Assembly: GCA_963767925.1 (NCBI GenBank)
Contig: CAVYGB010000002.1
Location: forward strand, 1,760,001 to 1,824,000
Length of the DNA: 64,000 nt
Source: an uncultured delta proteobacterium
Lineage (GTDB): Bacteria > Myxococcota_A > Polyangia > Fen-1088
Direction: 5' to 3'
Part shown: positions 35,408 through 45,394 of the stretch, in pieces
Layout of the letters: every line of letters starts with the position of its first letter
Numbering within the stretch: the first letter of the stretch is position 1
Position numbers and translations under genes: made by a program
Notes under the pieces: generated by a model
Told to the model about the DNA's origin: nothing
The model's database searches: none
Seen by the model: the letters and a program-made list of their open reading frames with translations, nothing else

Positions 35408-35775
35408 CGGACTTCCGCTACGTCATCTCCGCCCACAGCCCGGAGATCCGCAAGGACATGGTCTGGCTCGACCACGACCGGACCGGGCTGACCAACCTGT
35501 TTCGCACCTTGCCCAACCACGTGAGCGACCGGGCCCCGCTCAGCCGGCACGTGACCGTCTACACCGTGGACCCCGGGCCCACCGGCGACGAGGCCGAGGT
35601 GGTGTCGGCCCTGCAGGTGTTCCGCACCAGCCTCGACGGCGGGGCCACCGAGCTGTTCGCGGTCGGCAAGATCTACGATCAGATCCGGCTGGTGGCCGGC
35701 GCCGGCCGCCTGGTCCGCCGCCGCATCCACCTCGACACCCGCCTGCTCGGCATCGGCAGCCACATCCCCTTCTAG
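35408..35775 (+). pseudogene. msmB: Methanesulfonate monooxygenase-like / ring-hydroxylating beta subunit, 5'-truncated
   Basis: SPEIRKDMVWL...LPNH...LSRHVTVY...LDTRLLGIGSHIPF; no N-terminus and no partner subunits. Confidence 0.6.
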
Positions 35776-35853
35776 GTTCAGCGTGGTGGCGGGGCGATCT
35801 CGTTGCCAACTCCCCGCTGCCGTCGACGAGGTTCGAGCAGGGCGCGTGCACGG

Positions 35854-36288
35854 TCATCGCGGAGGGTCCTGGCGGTCCGCAGGCTCCGGGCGATCCACCT
35901 GCAGCAGCGTCGCGTGGAGCTCGGGGGTCAGGATCTCGGCCGTCAGCTTCCCCAGGACGGTCAGCAGCTCCACCAGCAGGAAGCGGATCCCCGCCTCCAG
36001 CCCCGGGTCCTCGGCCAGGCGGGCGCGCGCCCCCGGATCGGGGCAGATGATGCCGCCTCGGGGAGCGAGCTCGAGCGACGCGAGCAGCGGGAAGCGCGCG
36101 CGGGCGTCCTGGAGGACCCGCCCGGCGATCGCGGCCAGGGTGGCCTCGTCGAGCGTAATCCTGGCGCTCGCCCACAGGGCCGCGAAGGCCGCCTCGAAGA
36201 GCGGCAGGCGCGTCTCGGCCGAGAGTTTCTCGCTGGTACGCTTCAACCAGGTATCCACGCAGGCAGCGTGATCCGGTCCGGGGGCCAT
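35854..36288 (-). CDS. Conserved myxobacterial hypothetical protein
   Basis: GAGG-like RBS; LFEAAFAALW...IRFLLVELLTVLGKLTAEILTPELH amphipathic helices. Confidence 0.6.
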   Translation of the reverse strand: MAPGPDHAACVDTWLKRTSEKLSAETRLPLFEAAFAALWASARITLDEATLAAIAGRVLQDARARFPLLASLELAPRGGIICPDPGARARLAEDPGLEAGIRFLLVELLTVLGKLTAEILTPELHATLLQVDRPEPADRQDPPR

Positions 36289-36523
36289 TGCTTCCTCTCT
36301 CGCGGCGACGCGGCGACTTCTAGCCTCGCCCGGGCCAGCGCGCGGCGCCAGGGCGTCGGCTCCTTCCGACAACGGCGAGCGCGCCGATCCTGGTCTCCCG
36401 ATCAGAGGCAGCGTTCGATTTACAGGTGGATGCCTGACCGTGGAATTTCGTAACCGAAAACGTCCCCGCGAAGCCCGCCGGGCCCGTGCTAAGGAAACAA
36501 GAACGACGGGCAAGGAGGCGCCG

Positions 36524-38176
36524 ATGAAACCGCGGGCGGGTAGCGAAGGGGTGGACCGGAGCCGCATGCAGCAGCTCCTCGAGATCAGCAAGCTGTTGCT
36601 CCGGTTCGAGGGCCTCGAGGAGACCTTCGACAGCGCGCTGGCCATCGCCGCCGAGGCGATCCCGCTCGGCAGCGCGATCGTCATCGCCCCCGCCGAGGGC
36701 CAACAGCAGATGATCGTGTGGCCCCGCCCCGACCGGACCTCCGCGGAGATGGCGGCGGCCAAGGCCCACCTGAAGGCGGCCCACGCCTACCTGATCGGAG
36801 GCGCCCCCGCCGAAGCCGCGCTGGTCAGCGAGCGGGCGGGCCGGACGTCGCTGCCGCGATCGACCGCCGCCGGGCTCGGCGTCGACGGCCCCCGGTACAT
36901 CGTGATGCCGCTGGTGGTCCAGGGGGGCGCGGTGTTCGGGTCGCTCCAGCTCGAAGGCCTCACCCGGCTGGACCGCTCCGATCTGGCGTTCATGAGCGCC
37001 ATCGCCAGTCAGCTCGCCATCGCCCTCGACCGGCAGGCCACCTTGCTCCAGCACCTCAGCTTTGCCCGCGCCCTGGCCGCCAGCCTGGGCGAAGGCGTCG
37101 TGGCCGTCGACCGGCAGGGGCAGATCGTGTTCGTCAACCCGACCGCGGCCGAGCTGCTGGGTTGCCCGGCCGAGGCGGCCCGGGGCCGGCGGCTCCGCGA
37201 GATCGTCGGGATGGAGAACAGCGAAGGTGGATCGCCGGAGTGCCCGCTCGAGCGGGTGCTCCGCACCGGCCAGGCCCTCCGCAGCGACGGCTACCTCTGG
37301 TTTCGGCGGGACGGTCGATCGTTTCCGGTCGGCGTGTCCGGCACGGTGCTGCGAAACGGGGAGGTCGCGACGGGAGCCGTCCTCGCCTTCCAGGACATCA
37401 GCGCGCGCAAGCAGGTCGAGACCGCCCTCCTGCAGGCCGCCCGGGGCCGCGAGCGGTTCCTGGAGATCGTCACCCACGATCTCAAGAGCCCGCTCATGGC
37501 CATCATGACCAGCACCGGCACCCTGCTCGCCGACGCCCCACCCCCCCAGGACGGCCTTCTGAAACAGCGCGCGCGTATCGAGGTGATCGATCGCTCGGCG
37601 CGGCGGATGGGCCGGCTCATCAACGACCTGGCCGACTTCGCCAGCCTCGAGGCCGGCCGCATCCCCTGGCAGAGCCAGACCCTGGACCCCGGCCCCCTGG
37701 CCCGGGAGGCGATGGCCGGCTTCGCCGCCCTCGCCGAGCAGCGGCAGCTCGCGCTCGAGGTGGAGATCACCGGCGAGCTCTGCTACCTGGAAGGCGACCG
37801 CGACCGCCTCCTGCAAGTGCTGGAGAACCTGATCGGAAACGCCACCAAGGTGACCCCCGCCGGCGGCTCGATCGTCCTGCACGTCGACAAGCGCGGCCGC
37901 GACGTCCTCTTCACCCTCTCCGACACCGGCCCCGGCATCCCGCGCGAAGACCTCCCCTCGATCTTCGACCGCTACCGCCGCGGCAGCAACCCCGGCTACC
38001 CCGGCACCGGCCTGGGCCTGGCCATCGCCGGCGCCATCGTCCGCGCCCACCGGGGAAAGATCTGGGTGGAGAGCACCCCCGGCGCCGGCACCACCTTCTT
38101 CTTCACCATCCCCGCCGCCACCACCCGCACCGACCTCCTCGCCACCTCCCGCCCCCAGGCCCGCTTTCCCTCCTGA
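36524..38176 (+). CDS. GAF-PAS sensor histidine kinase
   Basis: PAS (FVNPTAAELLG...FQDISARK), THDLKSPL, ENLIGNATK, DTGPGI, GTGLGL. Confidence 0.92.
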   Translation: MKPRAGSEGVDRSRMQQLLEISKLLLRFEGLEETFDSALAIAAEAIPLGSAIVIAPAEGQQQMIVWPRPDRTSAEMAAAKAHLKAAHAYLIGGAPAEAALVSERAGRTSLPRSTAAGLGVDGPRYIVMPLVVQGGAVFGSLQLEGLTRLDRSDLAFMSAIASQLAIALDRQATLLQHLSFARALAASLGEGVVAVDRQGQIVFVNPTAAELLGCPAEAARGRRLREIVGMENSEGGSPECPLERVLRTGQALRSDGYLWFRRDGRSFPVGVSGTVLRNGEVATGAVLAFQDISARKQVETALLQAARGRERFLEIVTHDLKSPLMAIMTSTGTLLADAPPPQDGLLKQRARIEVIDRSARRMGRLINDLADFASLEAGRIPWQSQTLDPGPLAREAMAGFAALAEQRQLALEVEITGELCYLEGDRDRLLQVLENLIGNATKVTPAGGSIVLHVDKRGRDVLFTLSDTGPGIPREDLPSIFDRYRRGSNPGYPGTGLGLAIAGAIVRAHRGKIWVESTPGAGTTFFFTIPAATTRTDLLATSRPQARFPS

Positions 38177-38224
38177 CCGCCCCGCCCTCCGGCGCCGCCG
38201 TGAGGTGTCCCCTCTCGCAGGGAC

Positions 38225-38400
38225 TCATCCAGGCGCCGTCAGCGGGTGAAGCCCAGCAGCCAGCGGTAGATACCGCCCCAGGTAGCGCCAGACCCCGATG
38301 GCCCCGCAGCTCAACCCGGTGAGGTAGACCCGCCGCTCGTCCACCGCGTAGCGCCGGAGGGCGAAGCTGATGAAAGCGTGCACCTCCGTGGCCTCCGGAC
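38225..38400 (-). pseudogene. Alpha/beta-hydrolase (peptidase/esterase) fragment
   Basis: YAVDERRVYLTGLSCGAIG nucleophile elbow. Confidence 0.55.
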
Positions 38401-38403
38401 AGC

Positions 38404-38706
38404 GGCCCGGCTCGAGGCTGTCCGGACCACCTGGCCCGGCATCCGGGTCGCGCAGGCCACCTTTCTCGAGCACGTCGCCGTCGGGGTGGTCCGGCGCGAT
38501 CCGCCCGACCGCTGGACGTACCTCGCCGGCCTGAACCTCGGCGACCTCTACCTGGCCTGCGGCTGCCTCGCCAGCGACCCGGAGGCCCTGCGCGCCCTCG
38601 ACGCCTTGCTGTCTTCGGTGCCGGCCATCGTGCGGGTCGTCTCCACCGACGGCGCCTTCGCCGACGACGTGCGCGGCCTCGTCGCGGCGGAGCTGCTGGT
38701 GGCCGC
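38404..38706 (+). pseudogene. Myxococcales-type sigma-70 factor, N-terminal fragment
   Basis: WPGIRV...DLYLACGCLASDPEAL...ADDVRGLV...LLV; region 4 missing. Confidence 0.55.
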
Positions 38707-39472
38707 TCAAGCTGAGAATCGATGTGCCGCGGGCGCGGACCCAGAGCGACCTTCATCGTCGAAAATGGAACCGGCGGGCGCTTCAACCTGGGGAGCACCA
38801 CCGGTCTTGTCTCCCGCGACGGCAGCTCCGGCTGGCTCGACCTCCAGCTCCAGCTTTTCGGGGGCCGGATGAGCAAGCGGAGCTGGGTCGACCGGGCACC
38901 AGCAGCGCCGACGCGCGCGCCGCGCTGGGGCCGCTGATCGAGGCTGGCGATCGCGACGAGGTCCCGGTGGCGGTGGCCCGCAGCGCGGTCGATCTCGCGC
39001 TGAAGGCGGATCCCCACTACCTGGCCGCCCACACCGAGCGCGCCCTGCTGCTGGCCCGCGAGGCCCGCGAGACCGCCCGGCTGGGCAAGGACGTGGTGAC
39101 CTCCGCCGCCCTCCTGGAACAGGAGGCGAAGCTGGCCGCCTGGGCGCCCGGCGACGCCCGGGTGAGCGCGGCCCGCTGCCGCCTGCTCGAGGCCGCGGTC
39201 GTCGTCTCCCCCGAGCCCGGTGATGCCCCCTCGGCGGCGACGACCCGCTCCCGTCCACCACCCCCTCCCCGTGACCGCCGGCCTGACGGCCAGCCCCTGC
39301 GCCCTCATCGTCCGTCACAGCACCCGCCCGCAAGCGCCGCGCCCCGCCCGGTCGCGGCGGCGACCGCTGACGCGAGGGGGAGCCGGTGATCCTTGGCGAG
39401 GGCGTGACCCCGCGGTTCCCGGGGCCCACACGTCTCTTGCGGCGGTCGGCGGGCCGGGGCAGGCTGTGCCCC

Positions 39473-40525
39473 ATGAAGTCCACCGCTGGCCAGGGACGCT
39501 CCGGGCTCCGACTTCTCCTCGCCGTGCTGGCCGGCGCTGCCGCTGCCGGCTGTGAAGGGGACCCGGGAGACCAGGGAGGCGGCTCGAACGCCGAAGGCGG
39601 CGGCGCGACCCTGGCGCTCGCGCCGGGCACCTGGCAGGCGCTGCCCCCCATCCCCGACACGCCGCGTTTTTACATGGGCGTCGCGGCCGCCCGCGGGCGG
39701 GTCTTCGTCGTGGGCGGCTACCGCCGGCCCGAGGAGATGGTCGTCGTGCACGCCTTCGACGTCGCCAGCTCGACCTGGGAGACCCTGCCGCCGCTGCCCT
39801 TCCGCATCCCGATGGCCAACGCCGTCGCGGTGAAGGATCGCCTGTTCGTGCTCGGTGGGCTCGACGTCGATCAGACCCTGGAATACGACTTCGATACCCG
39901 CTCCTGGTCGAACCGCGCGCCGGTGCCGGTCCGCGGTCCCGGGTCGGCCTCGATCGGCGTGCACGGCGACACCGTCCTGCTGGCCGGCGGGATCTTGCCC
40001 GGGCTCTCCATCAACAATCTGGGAACGGGAGAGCGGCTGCGCGACCTGCTGGCCTACGACACCGTCACGAACACCTGGGAGGTGTTGCCGGAGGCGCCGG
40101 TGGCCGTCGGCTACGCCATGGGCGCGGTCGTGCGGGACGAGCTCTTCGTGATCGGCGGCAGCTACGCCGCCCGGACCGACGAGGTCCTGGTCTTCAACGT
40201 GAAGTCGCGGCAGTGGTCGCAGGGCGTTCACCTGCCGCTCGCGATCAGCAGCGCCGCGGTCGGTGTCATCGGCAACCAGATCGTCGTCAGCGGCGGCATC
40301 GCCAGCACGACCGGCATGATCAGCGACCAGACCTTCGCCTTCGATCCGGCCAGACCGGCCGCCGGCTGGGTCACCCTCGCCCCGCTGACCACCCCCCGCT
40401 TCGCGACGGGGGGCGCCGTGGTGGACAACCGCCTGTACGTCCCGACCGGCATGGGCACCGGCCCGGGTGGTCCTCTCGACTTCCGAGCCCTCCCCAATTT
40501 CGAGGTTTTCATCCCCGGCCCCTGA
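39473..40525 (+). CDS. Kelch-repeat lipoprotein
   Basis: AAGC lipobox; repeated VFVVGG/LFVLGG...YD....W motifs. Confidence 0.85.
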   Translation: MKSTAGQGRSGLRLLLAVLAGAAAAGCEGDPGDQGGGSNAEGGGATLALAPGTWQALPPIPDTPRFYMGVAAARGRVFVVGGYRRPEEMVVVHAFDVASSTWETLPPLPFRIPMANAVAVKDRLFVLGGLDVDQTLEYDFDTRSWSNRAPVPVRGPGSASIGVHGDTVLLAGGILPGLSINNLGTGERLRDLLAYDTVTNTWEVLPEAPVAVGYAMGAVVRDELFVIGGSYAARTDEVLVFNVKSRQWSQGVHLPLAISSAAVGVIGNQIVVSGGIASTTGMISDQTFAFDPARPAAGWVTLAPLTTPRFATGGAVVDNRLYVPTGMGTGPGGPLDFRALPNFEVFIPGP

Positions 40526-40592
40526 GCCCGCCAGTTGCTCGGCCCCCGAGCGCGCGCCGCCGCCCGCGTCCCGACCCCGTCCGGTCGGCGGC

Positions 40593-43379
40593 TCAGAAGC
40601 GGTAGTTCATCCCCAGTCGGATCCGGAAGGGATCCAGCCAGTCGGTCTCCACGCCGAAGTTCTGGCCGTCGTTCTGCCCGTAGGAGGTCGGCGTGCGCAG
40701 GTTCAGGATGTTGAGGGCGTCGACGTAGAAGTCGAGCTGGTGGCCGATGAGGGGCAACATGGCCAGGCGGACCTGGAGGTTGAGCTCCTGGCGGTTCGGC
40801 AGCCGCAGCTCGCGGTCGTCGTTCGGGTCATTGATGTTCTGGCCCGGGTTGATCCCGCGAAACGCCCGATAGTTCTCGAACGATCCCGTGACGGAGTTGC
40901 GGTACAGGCGGTTGTAAGGGAAGCCGGAGGCGAACTGGTAGCGCATCCCCATCGACAGCCACCGGGTCGCCGCCCAGGTGGCGGACGCCTTCAGGTCGTG
41001 CCGCCGGTCGTCCGGCAAGGGTCCGTCCAGGAAGACGTCCCGCCCCGGGATGTCGCCCCAGGGGTTGTTCGACCCGTTGAACACGGTGCCCCGGAGCTGG
41101 CTGAGGGTGTATGAAACGTAAGTTCGTACGGTCCCCTGCCGCTTCTTGAGGGCGAAGGTGACGCCCCGGTAATAGCGCCGGGCCCCGTCGGGGGTCCCCA
41201 TGTCCAGCACGGTCTCGTTCCGTCCATTGCGGTAGCCGACGATCGCCGTCCCGGAGCTGTTCCAGATACGGTTGGTCTCGCGCTGCTCGTACTGATTCTC
41301 GAATTCGCGGTAGACGAGGTCGAGCCCCAGGGCGAGGCCCGGCACGACCTCTCGCTCGGCGCCCAGGGTGTACTCGTAGGTGCGGGGGACCTGCAGCTTC
41401 TCCCGGCAGTCCGCGCCCGTCGCGTCCAGCCCGCCCGGGCCGCACGGCATCCCGAAGGTGTTGCGGCTCGCCCCGCCGCTGTAGACGCAGTCCCGGTCGA
41501 AGGCCTGCGTGTTCGCGTTCCAGAGGCAGCGCCGGCTGGTCTGGTCCCCGATGGTGTGGAGCACCGGCGTCCGGATGGCCACGTCGACGTACTGGCTGTA
41601 GCTGCCGCGCACGACGGTGCGGCCGTCGTGGGTCGCGTCCCAGGCCGCCGCCACGCTGGGGGCCCAGGTCGTGTCGTCCACCACGGTGTCTCCGTTGCTG
41701 TTCTGGCCCCGCGTCCAGACGTAGCTGATGGCGGGGGTGATGGTCAGATGTCGCGTCGGCCGCCAGGCGTCGCTGAAGCTGGCGTTGTTCCGGTAGATCA
41801 CGTCGGTGGCGATCCACCATCCCAGCCGCGCCGGCTCCAGCCGCGGGTCGTTCGAATAGTAGGTCGTGCGGGCCTCCGGGTTGTCGGCGCCGTTGTACTC
41901 GTCGAAGTAGTCCCCCGGCTGGGCGTGCCGGCGAACCTCCTTCTCGGTGTAGAACTGATCCTTGAGGGCCAGCGTGTGCTCGCCGAAGAGCTTGCTGTCC
42001 ACGAACCACTCCAGCTTGTTGAAGGCCTGCCAGACGTCGAGATCATAGCGGCGGTGGGGCACCCCGTTGCCGTTGGTGCATTCGCCGGTGCCCGTGCACC
42101 CGCGCGCCGTCCCCCCCGACTCCACCCGCCGCGGGAACCGGTTGATGGTCCCGGGCGCCAGATCGCAGGTCCCTAGCGACCCGTCTTCGCAGGCCCAGGG
42201 ATACCAGTACTGGGGCCGGCGGCTGTAGGCGACCTGGCTGCGGAATACCAGGCTGTCGGTCAGGAGCGTCTCCCAGATCACCCCCCACAGCCCGCTCAGG
42301 CCAGCCTTGCGGTTCTGCTGGGCCTCCTGCTCGACCCCGAGATCGCTCTTCAGGTTCGAGTTGAACGCGCTGTCGAAGTTGCTCAGGAGGGTCAGCTTGT
42401 TGCGGGCGTTCATCTGCCAGGTGACCTTGAGGGTCCCCTTGTTGATGAGCTTGAGGTGGGGGGGCGCCGGCGGCACGATCCCCTCGCTGTCGCGGGGCCG
42501 GCCGCGCCCCAGGAGGTGGGACTCGAAGGCGAAGGCGAACCAGACCCGGTCGCGCACGATGGGCCCGGCCACCGCGGGATTCACCAGGTAATAGTAGTTC
42601 CCGGGCGTGTCCCGGTTGTCCCCGAAGCGGAGGCTGTCGTTCTCGGCCGTCGCGTTGAAGTCGAACTCCCACTTGTTCGAGCCGGTCTTGGTGACCAGGT
42701 TGACCACGCCGCCCGAGGCGGTGGCGTTGTCGGCGCCATAGCCCGCGCTCTGGATTTCGTAGGCCGCGGAGGCCTTGGTGACGGGATACTGGTCGCGCAT
42801 GTCGAACCCGTCTTGCGTGAAGATGGTCTGGTTGCCGGCCCCGCCCCGCACCCGGTTGCCCACCGCGCCGCCGATCTGACCCACCATCTGGTTGAAGACC
42901 TGGTCGCGGCTGTTGAAGGGCATCGCCTCGACGAAGTCCAGGTCGTAGACCTCCTTGACGTTCGTCGTGGTGGTGCTGACGGTCGGCGCCCGCTCCACCA
43001 CCCGGACCTCCTCCACGCCGGACTGCACCTCCATCACGATGTTCACCTCGGCCGAGGCGCTGATTCCCACCGGGATCTCTTTCTGGATCACGGTCTGCAG
43101 CCTGGGCGCCGAGGCGGTGACCTGGAAGCTGCCGGGGAAGAGCTGGCGCAGCCGGAACATCCCCTCCTCGTTCGTATAAGTCCGCCGCTCGCCGCCGATC
43201 TGGGTGGGCGACGCGGCCGTGATCTTCACGCCGGCCAGAGGGGAACCGGTCTGGTCGAAGACGTATCCGACAATCGATCCGTCGTTGCCGCCCTGGGCGT
43301 CCGCCCGGTCCGGCAGCGAGGTCAGCGAGAGGGCCGCGATAACGAGGCCTATCGGCTTGCGCAGATGGGGTGTCTCCAC
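40593..43379 (-). CDS. TonB-dependent receptor with carboxypeptidase-regulatory-like N-domain (Oar-like)
   Basis: GGAGG RBS; signal peptide; GSIVGYVFDQTGSPLAGV; GGVVNLVTKTGSN; terminal YRF. Confidence 0.88.
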   Translation of the reverse strand: METPHLRKPIGLVIAALSLTSLPDRADAQGGNDGSIVGYVFDQTGSPLAGVKITAASPTQIGGERRTYTNEEGMFRLRQLFPGSFQVTASAPRLQTVIQKEIPVGISASAEVNIVMEVQSGVEEVRVVERAPTVSTTTTNVKEVYDLDFVEAMPFNSRDQVFNQMVGQIGGAVGNRVRGGAGNQTIFTQDGFDMRDQYPVTKASAAYEIQSAGYGADNATASGGVVNLVTKTGSNKWEFDFNATAENDSLRFGDNRDTPGNYYYLVNPAVAGPIVRDRVWFAFAFESHLLGRGRPRDSEGIVPPAPPHLKLINKGTLKVTWQMNARNKLTLLSNFDSAFNSNLKSDLGVEQEAQQNRKAGLSGLWGVIWETLLTDSLVFRSQVAYSRRPQYWYPWACEDGSLGTCDLAPGTINRFPRRVESGGTARGCTGTGECTNGNGVPHRRYDLDVWQAFNKLEWFVDSKLFGEHTLALKDQFYTEKEVRRHAQPGDYFDEYNGADNPEARTTYYSNDPRLEPARLGWWIATDVIYRNNASFSDAWRPTRHLTITPAISYVWTRGQNSNGDTVVDDTTWAPSVAAAWDATHDGRTVVRGSYSQYVDVAIRTPVLHTIGDQTSRRCLWNANTQAFDRDCVYSGGASRNTFGMPCGPGGLDATGADCREKLQVPRTYEYTLGAEREVVPGLALGLDLVYREFENQYEQRETNRIWNSSGTAIVGYRNGRNETVLDMGTPDGARRYYRGVTFALKKRQGTVRTYVSYTLSQLRGTVFNGSNNPWGDIPGRDVFLDGPLPDDRRHDLKASATWAATRWLSMGMRYQFASGFPYNRLYRNSVTGSFENYRAFRGINPGQNINDPNDDRELRLPNRQELNLQVRLAMLPLIGHQLDFYVDALNILNLRTPTSYGQNDGQNFGVETDWLDPFRIRLGMNYRF

Positions 43380-43520
43380 TCTGTCCTCCTGGTCCAGGGC
43401 CTTCCAAGTCGCATGCTTCGAACCGGCCGATCACCCCCTTTGGGGGCCCACGCGCGCCCGACGTTCCAACCCCGTCCAGGACACCCTCCGCCGGCCGTGG
43501 GTCCGGCTCGCAAGCGCGCT

Positions 43521-43536
43521 TACAAGTCGGATGCCA
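43521..43536 (-). promoter_or_regulatory. Possible sigma-54 promoter for the TonB-dependent receptor
   Basis: TGGCATCCGACTTGTA versus TGGCACGN4TTGCW; -12 element is GT, not GC. Confidence 0.35.
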
Positions 43537-43790
43537 ATCATCTCCGGCCGCTCCCCGGGCCACTTTCCGGTGTCGAGCGGGTGGCAGGGCCGTAGCATTC
43601 GGCCTCAGCGGGGCGAATCGACACGCACGGCCGGTCCAACCGAGGTCGACGAGAGGGAGCCCGGCCCCGCATCGGGCGCGCGATGTGCCCCTGTCGTATC
43701 CTGCGCAAGAATTCAAAGCCGCCCGGGTCGCCGGCGCCCGGGTCGCCGCGCCGTGACCTCCTGGCCCGGTTAGGGAATAATTGCGGCACG

Positions 43791-44315
43791 ATGTTGATCT
43801 TCGTGACCGGGGGTTATCGCTCGGGCCGATCCAATTACGCGCTCCGGCGCGCCGCCGAGCTGGGGCCACCCCCCTGGCTGTACGTCACCGCCGGCGAGGA
43901 GCCCGACGAGGCGGTCCGCAAGCGCATCGAGCGCCACCGCCGCGACAAGGAGGCCATCTGGCAGACGGCGGTGATGGGGCCCGATCTGAAGTCCATCATC
44001 GCGTCCGACAGGGTCGGCGCCATGGGCGCGGTCGTGCTCGACGGCTTCATCGGCTGGCTCGCCGCCCGCCTGGCCGCCACCGACCCGGCCGGTGAGGCCG
44101 CCCTGCTCGCCGAGCTGGAGGCCACCTCCGAGCTGCTCTACCGCTCGCGCGTCCCCGTCCTGCTGGTCAGCCAGGAGATCGGCATGGGCGTCCCCCCCAC
44201 CGACGCCGCCACCAAGCGCTTCGTGCGGATCGCCACCGGTGCCAACCAGATCCTCGCGGCCATGGCCAACCACGTGGTCATGATGGTCAGCGGCGTCCCC
44301 CTGAAGGTTCGCTAG
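43791..44315 (+). CDS. cobU: Adenosylcobinamide kinase/guanylyltransferase family
   Basis: VTGGYRSGRS, RIERHR, VSQEIGMG, ANQILA, MVSGVP. Confidence 0.82.
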   Translation: MLIFVTGGYRSGRSNYALRRAAELGPPPWLYVTAGEEPDEAVRKRIERHRRDKEAIWQTAVMGPDLKSIIASDRVGAMGAVVLDGFIGWLAARLAATDPAGEAALLAELEATSELLYRSRVPVLLVSQEIGMGVPPTDAATKRFVRIATGANQILAAMANHVVMMVSGVPLKVR

Positions 44316-44351
44316 GGCGGACGGCGGATCCTCGGCCCCCGCCGAACGGGC

Positions 44352-44380
44352 TTGAATCTCTGCGCGGGGGCGTCTAGTTT
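44352..44380 (+). promoter_or_regulatory. Sigma-70-like promoter of the RAYT-like gene
   Basis: TTGAAT-17 bp-TAGTTT ending 12 bp before the ATG at 44393. Confidence 0.55.
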
Positions 44381-44392
44381 GGCCCTATTCAA

Positions 44393-45085
44393 ATGTCAGC
44401 CCGCCGCCCCACCAAAGCCGAGAAGCCCGAGAAGCCCGAGAGGCCCGTGAAGTTCGGCTGGGGCGGTCGCCGCAAGGGGGCCGGGCGGCCTCCGATTCCC
44501 GGGCGCAAACGGCCGGCGCCGCATCGGGCGTTGCTGGATCACAAGGGGATCTACCCGCTGCACATGAGCGTGCGGGCGCGGGCGGGGCTGGGCTCGCTGC
44601 GGGGCAAGAAGCAGTTCGAGGTGGTGCGGGAGTGCCTGCGCGACTCCAGCTCGGGCTTCTTCCGGGTCCTGGAGTTCTCGGTGCAGGCCGACACCGTCCA
44701 CATGATCGTGGAGGCGCGGGACAAGGCCGCGCTCTCCAAGGGGGCGCGCAGCCTCGTGATCCGGACCGCGCGGACGCTCAACCGCGTCCTGGACCGGCGG
44801 GGGCCGTTCTGGGCGGACCGCTATCGCGTGCGGGAGCTGACGACGCCGCGAGCGGTGCGCGACGCGCTGGTGCTCGTGCTCATGAACCACAAGCTGCAGG
44901 GCCCCGCCGACCGCGACCCCATCGATCCCCTCTCCTCCGCCCCCTGGTTCGACGGCTTCCGCGAGCCGCTGCCGCCGCCCGCCGAGCCCGCGATCACCGT
45001 GCCCCCCCAGACCTGGCTCGGGCGTCTCGGCTGGCGCCGCCGCGGCCTCATCGACCCCGGCGAGGCCCCCCCGCCCCCGAAATGA
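44393..45085 (+). CDS. RAYT/IS200-like HUH (Y1) transposase homolog with apparently substituted catalytic residues
   Basis: WGGRRKGAGR, FSVQADTVHMIVEA, WADRY, TPRAVRDALVLVLMN, DPLSSAPWFDG, TWLGRLGWRR. Confidence 0.78.
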   Translation: MSARRPTKAEKPEKPERPVKFGWGGRRKGAGRPPIPGRKRPAPHRALLDHKGIYPLHMSVRARAGLGSLRGKKQFEVVRECLRDSSSGFFRVLEFSVQADTVHMIVEARDKAALSKGARSLVIRTARTLNRVLDRRGPFWADRYRVRELTTPRAVRDALVLVLMNHKLQGPADRDPIDPLSSAPWFDGFREPLPPPAEPAITVPPQTWLGRLGWRRRGLIDPGEAPPPPK

Positions 45086-45099
45086 GGGCCCCGGGCGCC

Positions 45100-45145
45100 C
45101 CGGAGGCCCCTCGCCCCTCCCTGTCCCCGCTGCCGCGGGGCGAGG
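45100..45145 (-). repeat. Degenerate copy of the 55377/58921 REP-like element
   Basis: CCGGAGGCCCCTC(G)CCC and CCTGTCCCC...CCGCGGGGCGAGG match the reverse complement of the REP ends. Confidence 0.6.
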
Positions 45146-45394
45146 CCGAACAATTGGCCAGGTGCCGCGATCAGCGTCCGGGCGGGGCTCTCTAGCCGGG
45201 ATTATTCATCAGGCGGCAACGCTGGCGGTCGCGCGGCCACCGGCGCCGTGTTCCCGATCGTTCCCGTTCCCGTTCCCGTTCCCGTTCCCGGACCCGTGCC
45301 CGGTTTTTCGGACTGGGGCCCACGCAATGGGCGACCGAGGGCAGGGCTGCGGCCCAGCGGCGGGGGAATAGAAGGCGAAGGGAATGTGGGCGAT

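Noticed and set aside
43380..43790. Cobalamin riboswitch between the receptor and cobU
   Set aside because: No recognisable B12-box or conserved core on either strand
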